Shown: positions 52,517 through 64,000 of the stretch, piece by piece
Position numbering within the stretch: the stretch's first letter is position 1
How the letters are laid out: each line of letters starts with the position of its first letter
From: Harriotta raleighana
Lineage: Eukaryota
Assembly (NCBI GenBank): GCA_050575255.1
Contig: JBNZDD010013638.1
Location: 825,726 to 889,725 of the forward strand
Length of the DNA stretch: 64,000 nucleotides
Reading direction: 5' to 3'
The notes under the pieces: model-generated
Told to the model about the DNA's origin: nothing
What the model saw: only the letters and a program-made list of their open reading frames with translations
Database searches by the model: none
Made by a program: the position numbers and the translations under genes

Positions 52517-53112
52517 CAGGACCCCACTAATGTAAGGATTATTATAGTACAATGAGAGGGTCCATATGTGCTTGAAATGTAAATGTGATGTTCATATTCT
52601 CACATTTTACAAAATTTGTATAATTACTCACATCTAGAGGTCTATGAACTCTACTTTGTCATCATCAATCTCTAAATCTTGTTCTAACGCCACTTTAAAT
52701 ACAGGGTATGCAACATTGCAAATATTGTAGATCTAGCCTCACTGTAAGTTGCATGCTAAAAATAACTGTTCTGATCACTTTTTTAAAAATGTCATCTCAA
52801 ATACATCTTTGTGAAACAAGGAAGACCAGCATTTTTAAAAAATGCTTTAATACAATATTTTGCACTATGATTAATTAGGAAAAGAGCATCTGGAGCATAA
52901 TCCGTTCACTGCATTCATATTGCCAACTTCTAGAGATTGATTCATCTCCAATGTAAATAATTTGCTCATGGTTCCACTATTTTCAATTAAAGGCAGAAAT
53001 GAGAGACTGTCAAACAAACCATCCTCAAATGTGTCATTACTCCAGAGTTCCCAGTAAGTAAATGTTCAAAATTAAAATAAAGACAGAGAAAAAGCTAGAA
53101 GGAACGTTGAAT

Positions 53113-53170
53113 TTTATTTTCATATCCTTCAACCAAAAACTAGTGCATATGGATCAATGAAAATTTTATT
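53113..53170 (-). terminator. Candidate polyadenylation signals for TMEM38B (3' UTR about 1.5 kb)
   Basis: Two minus-strand AATAAA hexamers (53165-53170, 53113-53118) followed on the minus strand by a U/GU-rich tract (ctttttctctgtctttatttt). No transcript evidence. Confidence 0.35.
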
Positions 53171-54603
53171 ACATTTGCAAATCAATATTAACTTAACATC
53201 TACATAAAAGTGATCAAATAATTATCCGGTACCTTCAGGGTGACTGTGGTAATTTAGTTTAAGATGAGTACCAAACAATGCATGAAACGTACAATCACTT
53301 GTCAGACATTTTGTTCATTCTATAGGCATGCAGCTAGCTTCCTTAAGCACCGTAGGCACATTTCAATTCTCAGCTTGCAGTTGATGCTTAGGATTAATAG
53401 CTGCTTCACAGTATTGTCAACCCAAAGAATAAATGAAGATATTCCCCTATGTAAAAGTTTTCAAAAAAGTACAATCTTAAAAAAATTTGAAAATACACAT
53501 GAAAATAATTTTCTTCTTTACCTCATTTTGTTGTCCTTTTAAATAGTAAATACATGTTTACAAAAGAAATGCTACATTTTTAAACAGTGAACACCTAAAA
53601 AACTGTCATAACAATGTATGCACGTTATCATCAAAGTGTATGTGTGTGTGTGTAGGTGTGTTTGTGTGGATGAGCATAATAGGGATCTGAACATGTGCAA
53701 GGAAATGGGAAATTCAGGGTTCTGGCTATTAAACAAAACTATTTCACCTCTAGTGTACAGAACCTAGATTTACACCTAAAATTTAATCTCCAAATATAGA
53801 CACATTTTAAAATAGACAATAAATGGATTCGCTTATTAAGTCGGTATTAAAGTTCAAAATGTTGACTCTAGCCAATAACTATTACAATAGCTGTTGTCAT
53901 CACAGGATTATTATGACTGACATGTAATTATTAACATCTGAAAGCTGAAAAATAAGGAAAACTCAAGATTAGAACTTAATGGATTCCTTACGGCCATTCC
54001 AGAACCCATTACCTTCTCTTCCCAGCAAACACATTAAGGCTAAGGAGAACCAGAGTTACAAAGGTCAGGCTCAAACTCAGGTCTCGTACTTGTTATTCCA
54101 AAACATCAATCCTGCTCTGCTGAACTGCAATTTGAGAAGTGTCTGATTGATCATTTAACTTAACAGGAATAAATAACTGAAAATGTAAAATTTTTGTTGA
54201 CTTTTAAATACATTTTTATATGCACTACATTCTTAAAAAATATTTTAAGCTTGGTATAAATATTAAAAGTTCTCAATATTTTCATTACACTAAAAAGGCA
54301 GGTGTTGTGCATTTTCCACTAACCATTATAACAAACCCACAGTAACCTATAAAAATAAAGCCACCACCAAAAGTCAATGTATTGTTCCAAAATCTAAGTT
54401 AATCGGTTTTACATGGATGTCTAGTTGTACCTTAAAAGATTTTTCATTTCTACAAATTTCAGTACCATTTTTGAAAATTTCTCTGTGCATCAATATTACT
54501 ATTACAAAAGGTGTTTCTCAATTTCAAACTTCACAAATAGGCTGCTTTAGATATGTCTAACAGAAAGAAAACCTCATAAATCTTGAAGATTTCAACAAGC
54601 TTT

Positions 54604-54828
54604 TCAATCAGCTTTCTTCGTCTTTCGTTTTCGGACATCAGTTTCATCAGAAGTAGCACCTGAGGAAGCAGTACATTGATCATCCAATGCATCCCCTTTG
54701 TCACAAGGTTTGGGTGTATTAAAACGTGGGTCAACAGAATATGATTGCCAACTAAATGCCATATTGTACAAAGCAGCTTCCATTGGTGCAAAGGGAGAAT
54801 GTTGAATGTGGAAGAGTACCATGGCAAC
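54604..54828 (-). CDS. TMEM38B: TMEM38B last coding exon, ending at TGA
   Basis: Acceptor tttgttttttag|GTT (phase 0); encodes VAMVLFHIQHSPFAPMEAALYNMAFSWQ...DVRKRKTKKAD*, with the FAPxE..L..M.F.WQ motif and a basic C-terminal KKxx tail. Confidence 0.9.
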   Translation of the reverse strand, partial: VAMVLFHIQHSPFAPMEAALYNMAFSWQSYSVDPRFNTPKPCDKGDALDDQCTASSGATSDETDVRKRKTKKAD

Positions 54829-55069
54829 CTAAAAAACAAATCATTTTCCAAGTTGTTCAGAGCAGTCTAAATTAGTGCAAAAGAATGGCAAAGCAACATA
54901 AGTAATAGTACTGAATTTAAATTGACCTTCTTGACAATTAATATTTTTTTGAAAAGCAGCAAAATCTGAATGCAATAACAAATTAGTGATGAAATTCTTC
55001 AATTCTTAAAAATATTAAGAAACATCAAGTTATCATTAAGATAATATGGTACCATTCAGTATACTTATT

Positions 55070-55840
55070 TTTCTGAACAGGAAGAGTAGGCCAGTCAGCC
55101 CTTCGAACCTGTTACGCCATTTAATTACATCATGGCTGATCTGTATCTTTACTAATCCTTTCAATTTCAATTTCCTGCTTTCACCACATATCAATCTACC
55201 AAAAATTGGTCAACCTCATTCTTGAAAGTGTGGATGGATCCAGCATCCACAACCTTTTGGGGGAGAGAATTCCAGATTTCTACCACTCTGAGTGAAAAAA
55301 TGCTTCCTGATTTCACTCTTAAATCACCTGCCCACTTGTTTTGCATTCCCCCACCAGAGGAAATAGCTTTTCTGCATCTACCCTATCAAATCCCTTTATC
55401 ATCCTAAAAACTTCTATCAAATCACCCTCTCAACCTTGTAAAATCAAGGGAATATAATACAAGTTTACGCAGCCTTTTCTTGTAACTTAACTCTTTTAGG
55501 CCTGCTAACTTCCTACTCCCATCTACATTACTTACTGAGTCTCCTATCTTAATGTTGGCTGCAAACTTGGATATAAAACTCTATTCCTTCACTCAAGTCA
55601 TAGATGTGTATGGCAAATAGCTGAGGTCCCAGTAGACACCTGGGGGACATCACTTGTCACATCACGCCAATCAAGAGAACGTTCCCTTTATCCCCACTCT
55701 CTGTTTCCTGCCTCCCAACCAATTGCCAAGCCACGTCACAAGGTTACCCTCCATTCCGTGAGCTTCTATTTTCGCGAATAATCTTTTATGTGGAACCTTA
55801 TTAAATGCCTTCTGAAAATCCATGGAAACAACATCCATAC
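55070..55840 (-). mobile_element. CR1-like LINE fragments in the last TMEM38B intron
   Basis: Minus strand has VVEIWNSLP.KVVDAGS, KFAAN.K.G and DFQKAFNKVPH-like segments. Confidence 0.75.
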
Positions 55841-57511
55841 TTACAGAGTGACAACACCCATATGCGGAGCATCATTAAGAAACTACAAAGGTACAAAGGC
55901 ACATTCTAATGTTGGTCGAGAAAAGTAACGTTTCTCATTCACCTTTGCTACAACATAGGCAACTCAGTCATATGCTTCAGAGAGCGGTGCTATTCTGCAA
56001 GAGTGCTTTGTTCTCCTCATATCTGCAGAAACCCATCATCATGCTTAGGAGTATTCAAACCAGTCAGATCCAAACCAGTCAGAGTTCCAGATGTATGCCA
56101 CCTACACAAAGAAGTTTATCTGGGGTGGAATGCACACTCTTTCCCTGCGAGAACACACTGATTATCTAATTCTGGAAATTGTTAGGAATAGTCTGCCAAG
56201 AGCTATGTCCTGGGGAACCCAAGGGCATAATTTAGGTTATTTAACCAGCTAAAATCACCTATCCGTTAGTGTTTTTGGGTGTAGGCTTGGCTTTACTGTG
56301 TAATCTTTGGACGTACCCCTGATGTGAAAGGTACAATATAAATATAATTTGTTGTCGTAGTGGTGATAACAGGAGCTGAACTGGAAGAGTTCCTGCCAGT
56401 TAACCATATAAAGTCATGTATTTTTTCTGAACACATAAAATCCTACATCTTTACATACATCTATTTTCCACATTAGATTGCTCAGGTAGTGGATATAAGA
56501 TTAAAAGTGTTACACTGATTGAAAAATAAACTACTGACCATTCCAGAGGAAAATAATACACTAGTGCTTAATTCACTGCCTCATTAAAATGCTTCTTTAA
56601 TAAGTAAAATTATAAACTGTGTGTTGACCAACTTGAACTGAATTAAAAAGAATCAGGATGGAAGAATCACAATTTTCAATAGTAACTAATCTTTTTTAAA
56701 TTTAAAAACAACACTTTTTTGAAGGCTGAAACACAATTGCTACTACTAACTATACAAATCTCAAAGGGAATTATTTCTAAAGCAATCCATATGTGAAAAC
56801 AGGTGAAAATGAACTGGAAAAATCATATGTGCTCTGATACTAAAGTCTTCCAATATTATGATATGTGATCTGATAAAGTTCAAAGGGAGATGAAATTCAT
56901 TCGGTGTCTTATTATTTCAATATTCAAAATGTCAAAAGTAGTTTGAGTCAGAGTGGCAAATCAATTTTCTGAGGCAGAATCGTCTTTCTCATTGGAGGGT
57001 ATAATTAGATGGATTTCCAAGACTGAGAACTCAAAAAATAAAATTGTGTCACGTCTGCTATCAAGCTATCAGTACGATTTCCAATATGTACAATATGATT
57101 TTTGAAATCAAAGGGATACAGAAGAAAAATATGCAGCCCCATTGGAAGAGGCAAAACAGTTAATAGTGATTTTATCAAAAAAAAATTGAAATGCCATTCT
57201 AAGTGAGATTATATCTGACATTTTGGAATTTGAGAATAATACGGCACTGAATTGGTTATATTGACCACTCTTCTTTTTAAGAAGACTCTTCCCTAAATGT
57301 AACCTATCAGCAACTTACCATGTGTCTTGTACACACAAAGTCTTAGTAAAACTCCTATAGAACAAATCGGCCTTGGTTACAAGAGCAACCAGTTATTAAA
57401 TAGATGTGTAACAAATCCAAACAAGCCAAAAAAATACAAGCAGGAATAAGTCTTTATAATTTCCTTGAGCCTTAAAACTCAGTAACTGCAGGCAAATGTA
57501 AGCTTGAATCT

Positions 57512-58215
57512 ATAATAATCTTTGCATTTGAAATAGGGCTTTTCATGTCTTCTAGATGTCTCAACGTACTTTACGGAATATACTGTAAAGTGAATTAACT
57601 GTATATTTGTGGGCGAATACGGCAGCCAATTAATTGTGCACAGCAGTTTCTCACAAAAAGTCATGGATTGAATCAACCAATTATTTTAGGTATTATTATT
57701 AGGCGTGTGGAGTAAGGAAATTTGCCCAACATTTCGCCCTGCCTGGAATCAAACTCAAGTTTCTCACTTGTAAGGCGAGTGATTTAATGATGAGCTACAG
57801 GACTCCACAACAACAAAACTACATTTGTAGAGCACCTTTTACATTGGGAAGACATCCCAAGGCACTGAACAGTTAGATGTCAGAACCCGAGCATGGAGTG
57901 GTGGGGCAGAGTTGGGCTGAGGGAGGGCAAAGAGATAGGATGGCAGTTGATAGCATGGTCGAAAAGGAGGATCTTGAGACTGGCATTGAAGGAGGTAAGG
58001 GAGCGAGCAAGGTGAAAGGATTGTAGGATGGAGTTCCAAAGAGTGGGGGCAGAAGCTGAAAGCCCGGACACAGTAGGGCGGGAGACATGGAGCAGGCTGA
58101 ACGGAGGGAGCGACAGGTTGATAGGGGTTCAGCAGGTCAGAGAGGTAGGATGGGACAAGGCCGTGGAGGGCCTTGAAGACTAGGATCTTGAATCTGATCC
58201 TCTAAGGGATGGGAA
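57512..58215 (-). mobile_element. Full tRNA-SINE (57512-57806) directly abutting an L2 3' fragment (57807-58215)
   Basis: SINE head ends ggactcc and is immediately followed by acaacaacaaaactac, the L2 tail. Confidence 0.85.
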
Positions 58216-58329
58216 CTGCTCAACAAAAGAGCAGCTTCATTCAATGAATGTTCTATCTGCAATATTTAATTTGTTGCCATGCAAAAAACAACTTTCTAGT
58301 CATTAAATCAGTTGGGGTGGTAAAAACAG

Positions 58330-59082
58330 TAGAAGGGGAGAGACTAGATAGTGTTAGCATTCAGAGGGACTTGGGTGTCCTTGTACCAGGAATCAAATGC
58401 AAGGATTATTATTACTATTACAGCAAGCAATTAGGAAAGCTAACAGTATGTTGGCGTTCGTTACAAAAGGATTAGAATATAAGAGTAGGAAAATCTTACA
58501 GCAACTGTATAGGGCCCTGGTGATACCGAACCTAGAATATTCTGTGCAGAATTGGTCTCCTTGTTTAAGAAAGCAAGCACTTGCCTTGTACAACGTAGAT
58601 TCACTGGGTTGGTACCTGGGATGAGGGGGATGAGTTATGAGGATAGGTTGAGCAATCTAGGCCTATATTCTCTAGAATATAGAAGAATCAGAGGTGATCT
58701 TATAGAAACCTATAAGATTATTAAGGGGCATGACAAGAGTAGATAGTGGGAAACTATTTCCCCTGTTTGGAGAAACTATAACCAGGGGTCACAGTCTTCA
58801 AATTAGGCATCAGCCCTTTCGCACTGAGTTGAGGAAAAACTTCTTCACTCAGAGGCTAGTGAATTTATGGAATTCTCCACCCCAAACGTCTGAAGAGGCT
58901 CAGTCCTTGACCATATTCAAGACGGAGATTGATAGATTTCTTGTGGATAAAGGGATTAAGGGATATGGGGATTAGGATGATAGGTGGAGTTAGAATAGAA
59001 GATCAGCCATGATTTTATTGAATGGCGGGGCAGGTTCGAGGGGCTGAATGGCCTACTCCTGATTCTTATATTCTTATGTTCT
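58330..59082 (+). mobile_element. CR1 LINE 3' fragment (intronic, antisense to TMEM38B)
   Basis: ORFs 58397, 58552 and 58730 form successive frameshifted CR1 C-terminal pieces; tail ttcttatattcttatgttc. Confidence 0.92.
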
Positions 59083-59765
59083 AATAGTTGCCTGAATTAG
59101 GGTAACAGGATACATCCTTCCAGGGAGAGAGTTCACATTCCATTCCAATAAATATCACTGGAATTTCCATGTGTACATAATTATTTGGAACTCTGTTTGG
59201 TTATTCTCAAGCCTGGTGACAAGTTTCCACATATGTCAGACACCCAGCTGACCAAAAAAAAGATTTTTCTTCAGACTTTTCAGTGGAACAGTAGACATTA
59301 AACTGTTTTACTTATTTTATTATAAGTAAGTTATTTATGGCTTCCAGACATACTGGCGACCAATGGAAATTTGGCAGAATAATTTTCTTGTCATGTACCA
59401 GTTTTCTTTAATTGATTTTTTCCCCATAACATCTTCCTTTCCTTTATTTTCTAGTTGCCGCTCTATGCTAGTCTCTAATTCTTTAAAAAAAACTTTTTCC
59501 ATGAATTATAGTTTGCCTCTCATTCCCTGTTGTATTATATTTCACATTCAGCAATTTGAAAAAAAAACAGGGTTCATTCAAAATCAACTTTATTTTAATG
59601 GAGGGAAAAAAGCTATTTCATTTATTTTAAACCTTATTGCAGGCTTTCTATACCCAGAAAAACACAATAAAGTCAGAAAATGCACTCCAATTTATATTCT
59701 ATAATCTCATAATTACCACACAACTGGAAATATTATAGATATATATCTTAAAGAGATTTGCTTAC

Positions 59766-59883
59766 CTTTGTGGAAACTACAAACATAGTGTACAAAAAGA
59801 TGAGGTTGTGTCTAGTCAACGGTAGGTAATTCATTTCTTGTAACGTAAAGAGTACAGCTCCAATTAAAGATACTTTTGTTGCA
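59766..59883 (-). CDS. TMEM38B: TMEM38B coding exon (118 nt, equivalent to exon 5)
   Basis: Acceptor ttcttcttatag|T, donor AAG|gtaagc; encodes (Y)ATKVSLIGAVLFTLQEMNYLPLTRHNLIFLYTMFVVSTK (within ORF 59748..59939), like TMEM38B AKVTLLGSVIFTFQ...KHNLMFLYTIFIVATK. Confidence 0.92.
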
Positions 59884-60312
59884 CTATAAGAAGAAATTGC
59901 ATAAATTAATACATATTTAAACAATAGTCCAATAAACATATCTATCGAATGACCAATGATCCAGATATAATATAAATTGTGTTAATTTTAGCCAAGAGAA
60001 ACCTGGTACATGACAAGAATATTATTCTGCCAAATTTCCATTGGTCGCCAGCATGTCTGGAAGCCATAAATAATTATGATTGTTGCATTTGGAAGGGATA
60101 AATAATGCTAAATGTTGTCTTTCATGACTGGAACACACTTCCAGAGATTTTAAAAAAAAACAAGAGTTCAAATAAAAATGAAATGTTTTGTTTCAAATGT
60201 AAATAAAATGACAGTAGAGGTCCATTCCAGTGATTTTTTCATGTCAGTGTTTCCTCCTCCAAAAAGCTATCCATTCTAATCCAAATTCTCTACTCTTTCC
60301 CCATACTCCTTA

Positions 60313-60990
60313 ACAACAACAAAATTACATTTATAGAGCGCCTTTCATTTCGGGTGAACATCTCAAAGCGCTGAATAGTCATGGGGAGGGGCAGGGTAGG
60401 GGAAGAGTGGTAGAAGGCACGATCGAAAAGGAGACCAGTCACGAGGGAGGCAAGGGGGGAAGCGAGGCAAAGGGATTGTGGGACAAAGTTCCAGAGTGTG
60501 GTAGCAGAGTGGATTGAAATCACCAATTTATTATAGGGTTTTTTTGAACAGATTATTATTAGGCATGTGGACTAAAGAAACTTGCCCAAGGTTTCGCCCT
60601 GTCGGAAACTGAACCCAGGTGTCACACTTGTGAGGTGAGTGCTCTAACTACTGAGCTACAGGACTCCAAATGGTATGGATGATGGGAGCAAGGACAGTTG
60701 AAGGTAGAGCCTAGGATCCTTATTGGTTTGGTGAGATGCAGTATGTTGGAGAGGTTAATGGGGTCTGAGAATAAAGTGGCAAGAAGGGAGGTAAGGGAGC
60801 TGGGAGGTAAGTAGAGGGATAGGGTTAAAGTCGAGGGAGCATGTAGACTTCATGCATGTTATAGTGGTGGTGAGAGAGGAGGGGGAGATAGGTCTGAATG
60901 TGTGGAAGGTGTAGCGATCAGAGCTTGAGGGAGAGATGGGGAGATCGGGAAGATGGAGGCTGCGGAATGGATTCCCTCGATATTGGTTTC
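60313..60990 (-). mobile_element. L2 3' end (60313-60510), SINE 5' half (60510-60667) and an older purine-rich LINE-like piece
   Basis: L2 tail and ATTLWNFVPQSLCLAS joined to a SINE head. Confidence 0.7.
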
Positions 60991-61196
60991 AAAGAAATAC
61001 AGCACTTACGTTAAAGCAATGAGAAAGACAGTGTGCCTCTCACAACAACATTACTAAAGCTGCTGTGGGTTTCACTAAAAGCCTGAACTATTATCAAGTT
61101 CAAAGCTCCGTGGTGCCTACTTGCAACAATATAGGTCGATCATAAAAGATAAACTGTCAGTGGTACAAACTTAAGGTTCAAGAACAACCCAAATTA

Positions 61197-61791
61197 CAGT
61201 TAAACCCCGTTCATCCGTGACCCGATCAACCGTGACCCGATTCAATTGCTCGACTCCCTCCCGGGGCAATTCCCCATTGCAGAATCGCGAGTTTGCTCAC
61301 TTTGCGCATGCGTGCAATGCGTGCGCATGTACACTTATTAAACTTATGCACTTGGGTTTTTTGGGGGGTTTTTTTTATTCGATCAAAATGCTGTTTTACT
61401 TATTTTTTCCTGACTGTGCTGGAATGCTTTATTGGTAAGTATCCACACAATATTCTGTTACTATTTAGTATATTATTAACATGGTATGTTTTAAAATAAG
61501 TTAATTTTCTATGTTGGGTTTTCGGCGACTTGTCCCCCGTTTATCTGGCATCGTCAATTAGTCGGTCGACCGACGCCCCCCNNNNNNNNNNNNNNNNNNN
61601 NNNNNNNNNNNNNNNNNNNNNNNNNNNNNNNNNNNNNNNNNNNNNNNNNNNNNNNNNNNNNNNNNNNNNNNNNNNNNNNNNNNNNNNNNNNNNNNNNNNN
61701 NNNNNNNNNNNNNNNNNNNNNNNNNNNNNNNNNNNNNNNNNNNNNNNNNCCCCCCCCCCCCCCCCCCCCCCCCCGAAATGGGATTTTACTG
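61197..61791. mobile_element. Tigger-like MITE spanning an assembly gap
   Basis: TA|cagttaaacccc...gggattttactg|TA; CpG-rich interior. Confidence 0.7.
61582..61749. other. Assembly gap (N run flanked by poly-C)
   Basis: 168 Ns. Confidence 1.
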
Positions 61792-61872
61792 TACTAGAGA
61801 TGTTAAAATCTGGAGATCGCATTGAAGTGCCATTAACTAGAGGCCAGAGTAGAGTTGATCACTAGCTGGTAA

Positions 61873-62182
61873 AATAATAATAATAATCCTTGCATTTGAT
61901 GTAGAGCTTTTCACGTCTTCCAGACATCTCAAAGCGCTTCACAGAATATATTGTAAAATGAATTGACTGTATATTTGTGGGCGAAACACAGCAGCCAATT
62001 GCGCACAACAGTATTCCACACACAGTCATGGATTGAAATTACCAATTTATTATTTTTTCTTTGAGGGATTATTATCAGGCGTGTGGAGTAGGGAAACTTG
62101 CCCAAGGTTTCACTTTGCCTGGAATCAAACCAGGTCTCTCGCTTGTATGGTGAATGCTCTGACAACTGAGCTACAGGGCTCC
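61873..62182 (-). mobile_element. tRNA-derived SINE, full length
   Basis: Same family as 26508-26822 in reverse orientation. Confidence 0.9.
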
Positions 62183-62757
62183 ACAAGGGAGTCTGGTACT
62201 AAAAATAAAGAAAGCAGGAATCAGATGGTAGGCTTGGGCAAGGATAATCAAAATGCAGCACTACTAAATGTCAAGAAAACGCAAAGTTTGTTGTCTGGTG
62301 TCAGACAATCTGTTGCTGCTAAAATAAATACAAACTAAGGGAGCATTACAGAACAAGCTTCACATACAGCAAAACAGAAGCTCTTTGTGAGGTGTTTTTT
62401 TCTCCCTTGTGATTTATAAGGGAAGAAATTCAATTTCATGGACCGCATCACATTAAAGATCTCAAAATGGCTGCACAGCTAATTTTAATCAAAATGTAGA
62501 CAATTAAATATTATCTACCCAATAACATTTGGTAACAGTGAAGTGTCAGATCATGTTGATTGGTTTGTAACATGAATTTAGGTTTTTGTGACCTGAGTAT
62601 TTTGATGTAAATTGTTTTGATCTTTGCGATATTTGTAAATAACTAAATTTCCAATAAGCTTGTACCACTGTTTTTGGCATACTTCGTCAATTTCCTTTGT
62701 CATGGATAGTTTATAACTGCTGATCAATTTAAATATAGAGTTGAACCCAGTACATAC

Positions 62758-62845
62758 TAGGGCATTTTCAGCAACTGATTTTTCTCAGGCATCCAGACAC
62801 CCCTGACCAGTTGCTCAAAGTTAGACAGCAATCCAGAACCTGCAC
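62758..62845 (-). CDS. TMEM38B: TMEM38B coding exon (88 nt, equivalent to exon 4)
   Basis: Acceptor ttctgtttccacag|GT, donor TA|gtatgt; encodes (G)AGSGLLSNFEQLVRGVWMPEKNQLLKMP(Y), the TRIC-family NFEQLxRGVW motif; phases match both neighbouring exons. Not in the ORF track. Confidence 0.92.
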
Positions 62846-63904
62846 CTGTGGAAACAGAAGTTTTGCAATCAACAAACTATAATAAATGTGTAACTTTTTC
62901 TTACAAATTATCACTTCACGTGCTGCTGTAAAAATAGTAAAACAGACACAGAATAGTAAAACTCATATAACCCTTACCTTTATAAATCATATAATCACCC
63001 AAGTCGTACATGAGCCAGAATCCCACCCAGTTTCCTTTCAAAACCATTTAGATTTATTTGCACTAGTCGTATGAATAATTTCCTAACTCGCAACTCTGCT
63101 CCCCGTTACTCCAGCACTTACTAGCTGCATTCAATCATAGGAAACGATATTCTGACCTGCCAACACATGCACACATACTAATCGGCTGCATTGAATTGGG
63201 GGAATTGTAGTCTTCATCCATCAACACGTGTTGAAGAACTTTGTTTCCCACAATTCACCCCAATTCCAATAAGTGTGCAAGTGGTGACAAGTCAAAACTA
63301 CATTTCCTGTAATTTAATGCAGTCGCATGCACGCTTACCTGCTGTAGTGACAAAGAACCCCAGGCATTTACCAGCTGCAATCAATGCACAGTGTAATTAT
63401 TGATTAAATCTTATTTTATACGAATCATACAAATTTGGTATAACACAAGCTTTATTACATATTTATATGGTCCTGAATCATACGACTTGTGAGTTTTACT
63501 GTATTTATTTTTTATAAAAAGCAAAAATTCTTATTTTTTTATCTTAACTTCATTTGAAGATTATTATTCAAACTATAATTGTGTTTGGTCATGCAAGGAA
63601 TCTGCAGCCTGCCCTTACTTTGATACTAAGACCATTAGAGGAATGCCTCAATTCTGATCATCTGCCATTGTCATCTTCAAGCCCCAACTACCATCCTATT
63701 CCCAGGAAGAATGGGTGGCCCAAATGTGGCTCATACGTTTAGCTTAAGTGTACTCCCAATTTACCAAATTGAATAATCCTCTTACCTTCAGCTCATCAAA
63801 TAACATGGTGATCATTTTCCAATATGTAAACTTGCAAAAACATGTCTCAATATATTAAAAAACACTGGATGCAATTTACATCCTCAAGTAAAAAGTCCTC
63901 TTAC

Positions 63905-64000
63905 CTTTAGCCCATCCAACAGCTATCATGGCAAGCCACCCATTTCTGTAGCGGCTGTGTGCCTCCATCACACCTCCAACTATTTTGCGGGCCCTGGTTA
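63905..64000 (-). CDS. TMEM38B: TRIC-B cation channel coding exon (equivalent to human exon 3; 5' part lies outside the window)
   Basis: Minus strand reads TRARKIVGGVMEAHSRYRNGWLAMIAVGWAK-G, resembling recalled TMEM38B TRTWKIVGGVTHANSYYKNGWIVMIAIGWARG; ends at an AAG|gtaaga donor (phase 1). Confidence 0.9.

Noticed and set aside
54531-54851. 106-aa minus-strand ORF overlapping the last TMEM38B exon
   Set aside because: Alternative frame; splice phase and homology support the VAMVLF...KKAD frame.
61530-61865. ORFs with poly-P / poly-G
   Set aside because: They span the N gap and a poly-C run.
1-64000. CRISPR arrays, operons or other prokaryotic systems
   Set aside because: The sequence is vertebrate intronic and intergenic DNA; no regularly spaced repeat-spacer array or dense coding was seen.

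Overview
Eukaryotic, AT-rich, repeat-dense vertebrate genomic DNA. The repeat content (CR1 and L2 LINE fragments, tRNA-head SINEs with L2-type tails, SacSINE1/DeuSINE-like elements, Tc1/mariner-Tigger-like MITEs) suggests a cartilaginous fish, possibly a chimaera; this is inference. The only host gene I can support is the 3' part of a TRIC-channel gene, most like TMEM38B, on the minus strand. It has four coding exons (63905->64000 partial, 62758-62845, 59766-59883, 54604-54828) with canonical GT/AG junctions that join in frame. The ~53 kb downstream of the gene (1-53000) has no supported host exons; it holds decayed, often nested transposons separated by repeat-free blocks that look like candidate conserved non-coding elements. 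Nearly all ORF-track entries are spurious or LINE reverse-transcriptase remnants. The most notable observation is a 77-bp, 74/77-identical intronic inverted repeat bracketing the 118-nt penultimate exon; skipping that exon would create a TAG stop exactly at the final exon junction. Repeat boundaries were read by eye and are approximate; family names come from recalled consensus features, not database searches.
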